A stretch of DNA of 59,396 bases from Girardia tigrina (taxonomy: Eukaryota), in assembly GCA_001938485.1 (NCBI GenBank), contig MQRK01234570.1:1-59396 (forward strand), in the 5' to 3' direction. Below, piece by piece: positions 42,357 through 53,657 of the stretch. Each line of letters begins with the position of its first letter. Position 1 is the first letter of the stretch. The notes beneath the pieces were generated by a model that was given only the letters and a program-made list of their open reading frames with translations, was not told the origin of the DNA and did no database searches. The position numbers and the translations under genes are program-made.

Positions 42357-44190
42357 ATAATATTGTGAGGAACACAACTGGAACCTTCAAAATCAGTCAA
42401 AAAGTTGAATACTTTAGGGAGGTTGTCGAGAGTCGTTGAACAAAAACTTTGTTAGTGGTTATTCTACCTAAATCAATATTCAATTCGGTTGCATTTTCGA
42501 TAGAATCCTCAGAAATATTGCTAGTTAGAATGTCATCTGGGGAAACCATGTTGATAGAATGATTTACAGTATCGAAAAGGATTGCAGAAGACGGTAGATC
42601 TGCTAGAGTTTTTAGAGTAAAATTCTTTTTTAATTTTCCAGAATTAAAGAAAACATAGCTTTGGGTGGGGTTTTTTTATTTCTAATCTGGAGACAAGGAT
42701 TAATATTGCCAGTGTTGTGTGGAATAATCAACGGTGAACAATCATGATTACGTCTGATGGATTTGTTTCTACAATCAACTAACAGATTAAAGTGAGCTAA
42801 AAAATTATAAAATTATAATAATTTTTAAACTTATAAATTATTTGTGATCAATATATTGATCATTTTATAAATTTAAAATTTTGTATTAATTTCACTTGAC
42901 GACTTAATTACATCAAGCATATAATATAAATAATAATTTACTAATAAAATAATACATAAATAAGCATATAAAATAAATAATAATTTACAAATAAAATAGT
43001 ACAAAAATAATACGTAAATAATAAATAATTTATTATAAATAAATAAATAATTTTATACAAAGAGAAATAGGATTAATAAAATTAATTATGAAATATGGTG
43101 CATATATTATACTTAATAGAAATTGATAAAAATTTACCAATAATTAATAAGATAAAATAACATAGAAAAATAAAATAACCGTCTACTCATATACGCCAAT
43201 ATGAGAGTTAGACAATATTGAAAAGTTATTAATTATTATTGTAGTGTGAACGCTCTCTACTTGGAGGAATTTCTGTATGTTTGTCTTTCACACTATATGG
43301 GTGGTCCTGTTCTCTTCTCGTTTTTTGTTATCACATTTCTCTCATTGTCCGTGTAGCTAATTTTTTTATATATCTTTAGTGTAGGGAATGGGTACGTTTT
43401 ATGGGTAGATTCATTTTTTGTGGTCATTACCTTTCATAATTTATTTCTTGGTCTGTTGTTTTTTACGATTTACGTGTGTTTATATGTCGTATATATTTTT
43501 TGTTGTAGTTTTTTTTATTTTTTTATTTTTCTTTATAATTATGCGTTACAATTAAAAGACAATCGGAAAGAAGAAAGAAGTAGTAAGTCAAGAGATAAAA
43601 GACAGTGATTTATATTTCCCCCTCCCCATTATTCTTTTCCCAATGCCAAATAATAATATATCATAATCAAATTGCCATAGGCGATTATAATTATAAATAT
43701 AAATTTAAATTAAAAAAATCATTATTAATTTATGATTCCTAATTATTTCGCCTACGACGATTCTGACAATTATTTCACCTAAGACAACATTCGACGATTA
43801 ATTAGCCTACAAGAATCCTCCATTTATTGCATTTATGATTAAATCTGTATCAATATCAAGTATCCGATTGTGAGTATCTGTTATATTAATTACAGAGTTG
43901 ATTGGTTAAACGAGATTTGAGTTCATCTACTTGAATTAATATTTTTTTTATTCATTCAACCTAAACAGGTTCATCCAACTAATACCGAGTTCGATTAACC
44001 TGGTTAGGTTTATTTTTATATACAAAAGAAAAAAAATAAAGTATTCACATCCCGGTACATTGAGGGACGAAGCCTTAATTTTTTTTATAATTATGATTAA
44101 TAAAATTAAATATATAAATAAATAGACACACTAGTAAATAAATCACAGATGCTAAAATTATAATATAATAACAGTAAAAAGAAGAAACAG

Positions 44191-45133
44191 CAGTGCCGGA
44201 TTTAGGCATGGGCTTTATGGGCTACAGCCCAGGGCCCCGCCCATCAAAGAGCCCCCTTTTACTCTGAGATTAGTCACTAAATGGTCCTAAAATGAGTAAT
44301 ATCAAAAAATAATAATATTGTCATATATATTTTGTCATTGTGATACCAATATAACAGGCAACTGATATATACACATTGTGAGGAATGTTATTGTTTTATG
44401 TTTGAATGTTGTGTATTTTTGAAAGAATATTTAGGTTCAAATTAGTTCAGATTATGAGATAAAAATATTTAATCTTTTTGAACGATGTCTATATTTGAAA
44501 GCTTTTCTACGGATTGTCTCATGGATGATCCGAATTGTGTTTATAACAAAAATTATAAATCATTTTATTTTGCATATGGTAGATATTACTGATAAATAAT
44601 ATAATAGATTTCTGTAAATTGTCCATGAAAAAGATTCATATCATTAATAAAATTTTAAATATTGAAATATATTTAAAATTACGAAGAAATGTTTTTGTTT
44701 AAATTATGTTATTTAATGAATTTATTTTGAAATTATCAATATGAATGTAAATCACTATTAGTCCACTTAATATTTTGGTAAATGACAGATAGTACTAAGC
44801 GCTTACACATTTGCTTGAGATTTCGATCATTTCATTTTTCATGTGATAAAAATAATATGGTTGTAGGATTTGTGTTTTATCATATTTTTTCATTTTAGAT
44901 TCAATATCCGCATATTTCTGTATCAAAATTTTTGCTTGAAAATGTCAACTAGAAAATATAATTATATTTATTCTTTTTATAATAAAAAATGCAAAGGCTT
45001 TTAGATCGAAAAAGGCGCAAGAAAGTGAGAAACTACAACTAAACTATAATCGCCTTTAAACAATAGAAATTAGGGGGTAAGACCCCATTTGGTGTCATAG
45101 CCCAGGGGCCCCAAATTCTATGTTCTGTCCCTG
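44191..45133. mobile_element. Non-autonomous hAT element
   Basis: Exact 8-bp TSD AGAAACAG (44183-44190, 45134-45141); CAG...CTG termini; subterminal AGCCCAGGG(G)CCCC repeats. Confidence 0.8.
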
Positions 45134-46137
45134 AGAAACAGTAATAATCACAGTAACATGAAATAATGTGTCGGACAAGTTAAACAACTATCAAAATTAA
45201 TTACTTTAGTATCAGATTATAATCGTCAAATATTGGATCGTGTAGTGTCGGCGGATATTTGTCGATAATATCAAATGATTTAAGAACGTCGATAAAGCTG
45301 ATATTAGATGCCATTCGTGAAGATTTATTAAGACATTAATTTATGAATTTAAATTTTTCAAAAAAACGCAAAAGTAATTTATTTAGGTAAATATTAAAAC
45401 AAATTGTCTCCTCCGGAGTTCGTTATTTTTTATCGAATCTCCACCCAAAAAAAATTAATTATAAATAAATATATAAGGTTTTTATTATATACAGAATATT
45501 TTGATAAATATTTAGATAAATTGATTTTTGGGGGTCACTACAGCTCGGAAAATTGTTCAAGAGAAAATATGATCGTTTGGTTTTGGTAGTTATTATGGTT
45601 GTGAGTTCTCAATAAATTTCGCAGTAGATCTGTTATTTCGAAATAATCGTCGGTATACAAATTGATAATCGTTTTTGAGATCAATTGAATTATTGAATAT
45701 AATACTTTCAATCGGACAAATGATGGATACTGATAAATGATTCGAAATACAACAATACACAAAAATATAATTAACTACACGGCTCAGCGTATAATATAAT
45801 TAAATATTTAATTGTATTTTAATTATTCTGGTCGATGAATCGATTCACATTTAATATATGAATTTAAAAATTCATCTCAATCATAACAAGTCGTCAAAAT
45901 GAATTATAAAATAATATTTGATAATAATATTAAAAATAATAATACAAAAATATAAATAACAATAATATAAATAAACGATTAATTAAATAATATAATAATG
46001 AACATTACATAATAATAAATGATAATATTATTAAAATAATAATGATAATTTACTTATGTAGTGCATGTAATTTCAACATTAAATTGTAATTTAATTTAAA
46101 TTTTAAATTAATTTACTTAATGCCACCCGGCTGAATT

Positions 46138-46373
46138 TGATATATTATTTTTTCTTTAATATATGTTTTTTTTAAAAAAATCTAATTAGTAGTTTTTTAT
46201 GTCCCCCATCTTGTTAATCCTCGCAACCGAGGGCCGAAAATAAATTTTAAACAAAAACCCCTATCAGAATTTCAATCAACAATTTTGTTTTAATAAACAA
46301 AATTTGGTCAGTTTTTTGAATTCAATAAATTTTTTGTGGAAAAGAATTTTTTTCTTTTTTATTTTTCATACAC
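46138..46373 (+). repeat. 5' LTR
   Basis: Direct repeat of 51266-51460 with substitutions and indels; followed by a PBS resembling the tRNA-Leu type TGGTGTCAGAAGTGG. Confidence 0.75.
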
Positions 46374-46530
46374 AAAAAAATGGTGTTAGAAGCGGTCCCA
46401 TTTGCCGCACTGTGTTCATTCTCGGCTATGGGTTACCCACAACTCCCGGACACAATGAAATTTTCCACAGTTTCAATCACCACCCGCCGATCAACCTCTA
46501 ATGCGTACACTCGGATCCACCAAATTCAGA

Positions 46531-46765
46531 TACGCCACTCACGGACCGGTTTACAAACACCGATTTATCATCGCAGTATCGAGCAACTCTCGCTTCATCG
46601 CTCACGGACCAGTTTTCAATCACCGGTCCATTATAGTGGAATGGATCAGTTCACGATTCGCCGTTCACGGACCGGTTTAAAAACACCGATCCATCATCGC
46701 GGAACCGAGCAAATATCGATTCGTCGCTCACTTACCGGCCTTCAAACAGCGATCCAGCATATCTT
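46531..46765 (+). repeat. 63-bp tandem repeat (about 4 units)
   Basis: ACGGACC recurs at 46541, 46604 and 46667, with the variant ACTTACC at 46730. Confidence 0.85.
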
Positions 46766-46920
46766 CTCTGTGCTCAGTACGTTACTCTCCTCCCGACGCA
46801 GATCAAATTTAAATGAGATTAACCCCGGTTTAACATTCCCGAGGTCAACGAATGCGAAATACAGGACGAATCATCGATCGGTGACACCCATGTCAGTTGT
46901 CATGGTGAGTTTAATTAATT

Positions 46921-48265
46921 TTGACCTTCTATATGCGGGGAGCGACATTTTTGGGGTACATTTCATTATATTGTTTATTTAATTATTTAATGAATTTAAA
47001 TAAGGAAAATTTTATTGAATTTTTTATATTTTTTTCGCATAAAATGTGGGTCGGTGGACTTAATTTTGGGGTGATTCGAAGGGAAAATTCAGTTCCTTTC
47101 AATATTATTTGTTTTTATTATTTCACAAACATCCCATCATTATCCCAACGCAATGATATATCCATAAAGCTCCAGGGAGATATCGGTGACTCCACGCTTA
47201 GGGTTGCTCTCGATGCGCGCATTTGTGACACTTTATCGTTACTGAAGGACGATGATAAATCTCGTGTTTGGTTAGTATGGGGCACCAAGCCGCTTCGCCC
47301 ACATCTAACTTGGTCCGCATATAATATAACGAATGAAGCGAAAATCACCGTGCACCGCGCCCTACCGGGTGGTATGATAAATACACCCGAGGAAGGTGAA
47401 AATATTAATGCGATATCCCTGCCCACTGCACCACCGCCGTATTTTCTGGACACGAAGGGATCACCCCAGGGTTGGTTAGACATCATTGAGATGCGATTTA
47501 GGATCCAAAAGTTGACCAACCAAGTTGCAATGTTCCACCACGCATTGTGCGTACTCCCACCCGAGCTTATGCAGTCCGTTACGGCACACCTGGCAACTAT
47601 AGGATCTCACGAGAATCCATTTGATGAGTTGAAGAGACGGATTCTCCAATCCTTTAAACCATCACTTGATGAAATCTTTGCAAATTACTTTCAGTTGCAA
47701 TCCCTGGGAAGCCAGAAACCGGCAGTCTTTCTAGCTAAGGTCGTCACGAATTTAGAAGCAATCCATCCAGAAATTACAAACGGCCCAGAAAACGAAGTAC
47801 TCAAGCGATTTTTTACGACCACAATTTGGTACCACAATTACCAATCTAAACCAGTCGGCGAAGATTGCAGACAACATTAAAGGAACACAAGTTGCGGAAT
47901 CATCCACCTGCTTTCCTGTTTCTACACCGTCAACTCAGTCGTCTCCTCCTGCAGCACCAACCGATCTCTCCAGTCAAATTACAGCGTTACAACTACAAAT
48001 GCAGGAAATTAAGATGCAGATAACGGCACTCAATCATGGGAAACAAAGGGATTTTCGAAAACGACAATCGTCAGTTGACTGTAATCGTTCGCCAAGCACC
48101 AACTTGTTCTGGTATCACAGCAAATTCGGAAAAGGAGCAAAAAAATGCATTCCCGGTTGCACATGGATGGATCACACACGAAAGTTGGACATAAATAACA
48201 TATGTATCTATCACTCTCGTTATGGTGACCAGGCAAAGCGTTGTGCACCTGGTTGTTCTTTCTAA
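46921..48265 (+). CDS. gag: UBL-Gag (frameshift near 47815; true start uncertain)
   Basis: Ubiquitin-like domain at 47152-47373 ends LPGG. Met 47374 follows, then the Gag N-terminus AISLPTAPPPYF...PQGWLDIIEMRF. The frame-shifted C-terminus has two CHCC-type motifs. Confidence 0.8.
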
Positions 48266-48280
48266 ACTCCAAAAAACTGA

Positions 48281-51220
48281 GTTCCATCTTCGGTCTTCGC
48301 AGCCGACTCAGAAGGCTCCAACAATTACTGCAGCATTTTCGCGTGCAACGCCATAATTAGCGGTCATTCATCCGAAACAATGTCATTCTTGGCTAACACT
48401 GGTTCAGCCATATCGGTTCTTCCCAGAATTTTCCAACCGCAAACAATGCGTTCTACCCGCCGACTTTCAGCCGCTAACGGATCAGTCGTCCACACTTATG
48501 GAACAATCAATCTCTCGTTCAAGCTTGCCTCTTTGGACCCATCTTTCCAGTGGAACTTCACTGTTGCATATGTAACGCAACCTATACTTGGCGCTGATTT
48601 ATTTGACCATTTTGGATTATTGGTGGATTGCAGAAACAAAAAACTAATCTTGCACCACACATTGGAACCTGTGTCCACCACACCGACTGAATCGAAAATC
48701 TGCTCACTCGTTTCTGATCCTGCACAATATATTAAACAGAACTTTCCGAATACAATAAATGCAACTGATCACTTTAACGAAACTGGCAACTGCATTTCAA
48801 ATCATGTCATCGTCACAATGCCGTGTGCACCAGTCCGGCAACGCCGCCGCGAATTGTCCCAAGAAAGACTCCTGGCCGAAAAGGAATTCAAGGAACTTGA
48901 GCAGTGCGGCATTATACGCCGATCCAGTTCTCTGTGGGCCGCTCCTCTGCAGATAGTCACCAAGAAGGATGGATCGTTACGCATCTGTGGCGATTATAGA
49001 GGTTTGATTACCGATATATTACAACGTTTCTCTGGCTGCAAAGTTTTTTCATCACTGGATTTGGCTAAAGCGTATCACCAAATCCCAGTTGCTGAAGACT
49101 CAATACCGAAAACCGCCATCATAACGCCATTTGACCTCTTCGAATATCTTCGAATGCCGTTTGGTCTCCGTAACGCTTCACAGACTTTCCAGAGACATAT
49201 CGACATCATCCTCTCTGGCTTATCGAACACGGCAGCGTATATGGACGACATAGTTATTGCGTCCCCGGATGAAACTTCTCACCAACAACATCTTTCAGAT
49301 ACTCTGTCGAGACTCAATGCCAACCATCTCAAATTGAAGCTCACCAAAATTCGTCCACTACCAGAACGAATCAAGGCCATCACAAATTTTCCCCAACCAG
49401 AAACGGTCACAACCCTGCACAGCTTTCTGGGGATGGTCAATTACTGTCGCTTATTTATTCCAAACATTTCAGCGACTCTGACTCCACTTACAGATATGTC
49501 ATCTGGACCCAAAAAGCAACAATTATCCTGGTCCGAAGAAGCAGTGAGAGCTTTTCAGCAGATAAAACTGGACATTACACAGACCACATCGCTCCGATTT
49601 CCAGACAGCTCTCTACCAATAACGCTTACGACAGATGCATCTAATATCGCAATTGGTGCAGTCCTGATGCAGGTGCGTGACAAAATTCCTGAACCACTGG
49701 AATTTTATTCACACAAGCTCTCGCCAACCCAAACTAGGTACTCTACCTTCGATAGAGAACTCCTTGGTTTGTTCATGTCGGTAAAACATTTCGAACACTT
49801 GTTGATTGGCCGATCGACAACAATGTATACAGACCATAAACCACTTCTCCACATCTTTCAAATGAAGAATCCGTCACCACGTCAACAAAGACAGATCAGC
49901 TATTTATCCCAATTTGACATCGAGATCAAATTTATCTCCGGAGCTGACAACGTCATTGCTGATTGTTTTTCATGAATCGAATTGGCTTCATTAGACTTTG
50001 AACCATTATTCACCCAAGACATCCTGGAGCAGAATCCACCATCGGATAAGGACCTAGCTACTTTCAAGGAACAACCAACCACACGTGGCCGCATTTATTT
50101 CGACAGCTCCATCGCAGGTTGTCCACGCCCCGTTCTCGGATCAGCCCTCCGTGCAGATGCGTTCAAGGCCGTCCATTCCAGCGCTCATCTCGGATCGAAG
50201 GCAACATATGAACTATTGCGCACAAAAGTCATTTGGCCTTACATGCGCCGCGATATTAAGCTATGTTGCAAAGCTTGCCTACAATACCAAGCCAACAAAG
50301 TATCTAGACAACCAAGTCTCTAGTTCTCAGCTTTCCGACAGGCAGCCGTTTTGATACAATACATATGGACATCGTCGGTCCACTTCCACCCTGCAATGGC
50401 TACTCATGTCTCCTCACCATCATCAATCGGAACACGAGTTGGCCAGAAGCATTTCCAATGAGGAACATTGCAACCGAGACAATTGTTGAAATTTTTGTCA
50501 ACAATTGGATCACCAGATTTGGCGTTCCCAAGCGCATAATCACAGACCAAGGCCGCCAATTTGAGTCCCACATCTTCACCAACCTACTCCAAAGGCTGGG
50601 AACTCAACTTAAAACCACGGCATTTCAACCACAGTCAAATGGTCTTGTCGAAAGATTTCATAGGACATTAAAGAACTCCCTTAGGACAATGTCCGTTAAC
50701 AGAAACTGGACCAAACAGTTGCCAATGCTCCTCCTTGGATGGAGAAATATTCCCAGTAGCCGTCACGGATCTTCACCAGCTCAGATGCTGTTTGATTCCA
50801 ATACGTCACTCGTCAATGAGATTTTTTTAGCGACTGTCCCAGCAATGACGAACAACTTGAACTGGCCCGGCAACACTTCATCAACCAAGACACTTCTCCA
50901 CCAAAACATACTGCATTCAAGGTACATATGCCGAAAGACTTGTGCAACGAAAATTCATATGGTTGGTTCGAGAACACCCAACCTCTCTACAAACCAGATA
51001 CACTGGCCCACATCTAGTAGTACAGCTCAACATGGAGAACAATACAGCCACAATTAATTTTAAAGGCACGCACCGCACCGTCAACTTATGCAAGTTGAAA
51101 CCTTATATTCACATCTACGACGACCCAGGCAATTTCACGACAATTTATTCCATCAAAAAGTCAGTCTCATTCTCCCCATGGGTTCAATTATCGAATGCAT
51201 CGTACTCGATTCCATTATGA
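48281..51220 (+). pseudogene. pol: Pol (protease D-to-N, RT, RNase H, integrase), disrupted
   Basis: FLANTGSAIS, PILGAD, ICGDYR, SLDLAKAYHQ, MPFGLRNA, YMDD, TDAS, TDHKPL, MDIVGP, TDQGRQF, QSNGLVER, YTGPH; deletions, stops and frameshifts. Confidence 0.9.
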
Positions 51221-51265
51221 ACAGCTTAACATTCCTGCGATGTCTCCGCATCTCAAAGAGGGAGC

Positions 51266-51460
51266 TGATTTTCTTTAATATGTTTTTTTTAAATCTAATT
51301 AGTATTTTTTATGTCCCCAATCTTGTTAATCCTCACAACCAGGGGCCGAAAATAAATTTTAAACAAAAACTGCAATCAAAAATTTTGTTTTAATAAACAA
51401 AATTTTGTCAGTTTTTTGAATTCAATAAATTTTTTGTGGAAAAGATTTTTATTCTTTTTT
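51266..51460 (+). repeat. 3' LTR (3' end truncated)
   Basis: Follows the PPT; homology to the 5' LTR stops at about 51460, where exonuclease sequence begins. Confidence 0.75.
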
Positions 51461-51901
51461 GCTAAATTCTTTTTTTAAGGATATAAATGGTCTATCCTTG
51501 GTGACACCATATTTCTGGAATACTTTACCGGCTGACGTATCACGGATATCAAGTATAGATTGGAGCGGAATTGCGCACGCTTTGAGTTCTAGTTGGACAT
51601 CGTGCAATTGTCGATGGATTTCGGCAATTGCGTGATATTCGTCCATTGTGTCACATACATCGGAATCTTTTATTCCATGACAAAAGGAGACAAAGTAATG
51701 GATACGTGATCTTTGGTGTACCACGGTGTGCATAAAGACTGCGCCGTGATAATATAGGATCGTGACTGATACTAAATGGTGTTTCTTGTCGGTACCTACG
51801 GCAAATTCTCCATCCATGACGCGGATTCGGATTTGTATCTCTTTTTCAGATAAGGGTTTTCTGAGGAATGAACCTCTGTTTAATAATGGTGTCCGATATA
51901 T
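51449..51901 (-). pseudogene. DEDDh 3'-5' exonuclease, REX4/ISG20-like (C-terminus truncated)
   Basis: VMDGEF (Exo I DxE), LVSVTILNYHGAVFMHT.V, HGIKDSDV, IRDTS and ISLKK follow the REX4 pattern ALDCEM/ARVSIVNYHG/SGI/IRDTS/PSLKKL. The ILVG segment before Exo II is deleted. Confidence 0.75.
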
Positions 51902-52337
51902 TTACATCTGATTCAATGATCAGATAGGAGTTTTCGAGGAACGGATTCTGGAGATCGTCCTGTAGGATGAATATCCCTACATCATCCGATGTTGAGATCC
52001 GAATGTCATTCTATTGTTCAATTTCTTCGATGTCCGTCACTCTGAAGACTTGGACCTCGATTGATTTCTTTTCGGGCAAATTAATAGTGGTTGACCCGTC
52101 AGTAATATGGAGAAGTGCCAATGCTGCATGTATGTATACAGCTAAGACTCTGTAAAAAGGTCGGTTGAAGATGGTGGGGAATGAGTGTCTATACACTCCC
52201 ATAATATCTGCTATGGCCATTCGTCCAGGGATACTTCGCTTTACGATGACCATTCTTTTGTTGAAGGTATTATATACCAATTTATTANNNNNNNNNNNNN
52301 NNNNNNNNNNNNNNNNNNNNNNNNNNNNNNNNNNNNN

Positions 52338-53516
52338 TGGAGCGGAATTGCGCACGCTTTGAGTTCTAGTTGGACATCGTGCAATTGTCGATGGATTTCG
52401 GCAATTGCGTGATATTCGTCCATTGTGTCACGTACATCGGAATCTTTTATTCCATGACAAAAGGAGACAAAGTAATGGATACGTGATCTTTGGTGTACTA
52501 AGGTGTGCATAAAGACTGCGCCGTGATAATTTAGGATCGTGACTGATACTAAATGGTGTTTCTTGTCGGTACCTACGGCAAATTCTCCATCCATGACGCG
52601 GATTCGGTTTTGTATCTCTTTTTCAGATAAGGGTTTTCTGAGGAATGAACCTCTGTTTAATAATGGTGTCCGATATATTTACATCTGATTCAATGATCAG
52701 ATAGGAGTTTTCGAGGAACGGATTCGGGAGATCGTCCTGTAGGATGAATATCCCTACATCATCCGATGTTGAGATCCGAATGTCATTCTATTGTTCAATT
52801 TCTTCGATGTCCGTCACTCTGAACACTTGGACCTCAATTGATTTCTTTTCGGGCAAATTAATAGTGGTTGACCCGTCAGTAATATGGAGAAGTGCCAATG
52901 CTGCATGTATGTATACAGCTAAGACCCTGTAAAAAGGTCGGTTGCAGATGGTGGGGAATGAGTGTCTATACACTCCCATAATATCTGCTATGGCCATTCG
53001 TCCAGGGATACTTCGCTTTACGATGACCATTCTTTTGTTGAAGGTATTATATACCAATTTATTAGGGTATTTAGCTGGGTATTCGAGTTTCGTTTTTGTT
53101 ATGGGTTTATTTCCTGGCAACCCATATTGCATCCATCTGTAAAACATATTTGGGTAATAATGTGGCGTTACCTGGAATTGAAATAACATGGTCACCTCTA
53201 ACTGTAATTGTGCAGAAGGGTGCCATTCTGAATGGATTGGTACGGCTGACCCCATATACTCATATTTGTGCTCTTCAATCAGAGCATGCTTCTCATCCTC
53301 AACTTGTTGCAGGCGTAGAACCTCAGAAAAATTTATATGGGTTCTTTTATCACGTAAATGGACAGGTGTATCCATATATCGGTTATTGGCCTCTACTACG
53401 CGTTCCCTTACCCCGTAAAGAGAAGATATCTGAGCTGTCCCCGATTTGCTGTACATATTTCTCCGCTCATCGGCTGGAGTACATTGAGGATATCTCATTA
53501 CATCGAAGCGAGGCAT
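52338..53516 (-). pseudogene. Unknown about 240-aa domain plus REX4-like exonuclease N-half (in-frame TAG at 52788, frameshift near 52680)
   Basis: An intronless open frame MPRFDVMRY...EEIEQ* continues through NDIRIST... and IYRTPLLNRGSF... into RVMDGEF. Confidence 0.6.
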
Positions 53517-53657
53517 CTTGGGATTGGGTTTCTTGAACAATCTAGAAGGGAATAAATAATCGGTGAGTGGTTGTATACTAATAACTAAAAATATAAGTAA
53601 ATATGATAATTTAAATTTATAGATTTTAATTTGCCTCGTGTCATTTTTGATTAAAAT

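Larger units (their letters stand above)
36620..43059 (-). mobile_element. Internally deleted Gypsy element (host of the young Gypsy)
   Basis: AT-rich direct repeats at about 36620-36900 and 42816-43059 act as LTRs, with a G-run PPT at about 36903-36915 on the minus strand. Pol pieces FLAHFNLLVDCRNK and PHNI|ITNG...[11 protein letters not shown] rejoin across the nested insertion. Confidence 0.7.
46138..51460 (+). mobile_element. CsRn1-type Ty3/Gypsy element carrying a ubiquitin-like domain fused to Gag (decayed copy)
   Basis: Diverged LTRs at about 46138-46373 and 51266-51460; PBS-like TGGTGTTAGAAGCGG at 46381; PPT AAAGAGGGAG at about 51255; CHCC Gag knuckles; PR-RT-RH-IN. Confidence 0.88.

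Noticed and set aside
46531-46765. Regular repeats as a CRISPR array
   Set aside because: Whole 63-bp units are homologous with no unique spacers; the context is eukaryotic and there are no cas genes.
47118-47519. 133-aa antisense ORF over UBL-Gag
   Set aside because: Shadow of the coding strand with no independent motif.
51561-53064. 727-bp tandem duplication (51561-52287 vs 52338-53064) as a real gene duplication
   Set aside because: The copies differ at only about 10 sites and both end exactly at a 50-N gap, which is typical of unmerged haplotype overlap. Long reads are needed.
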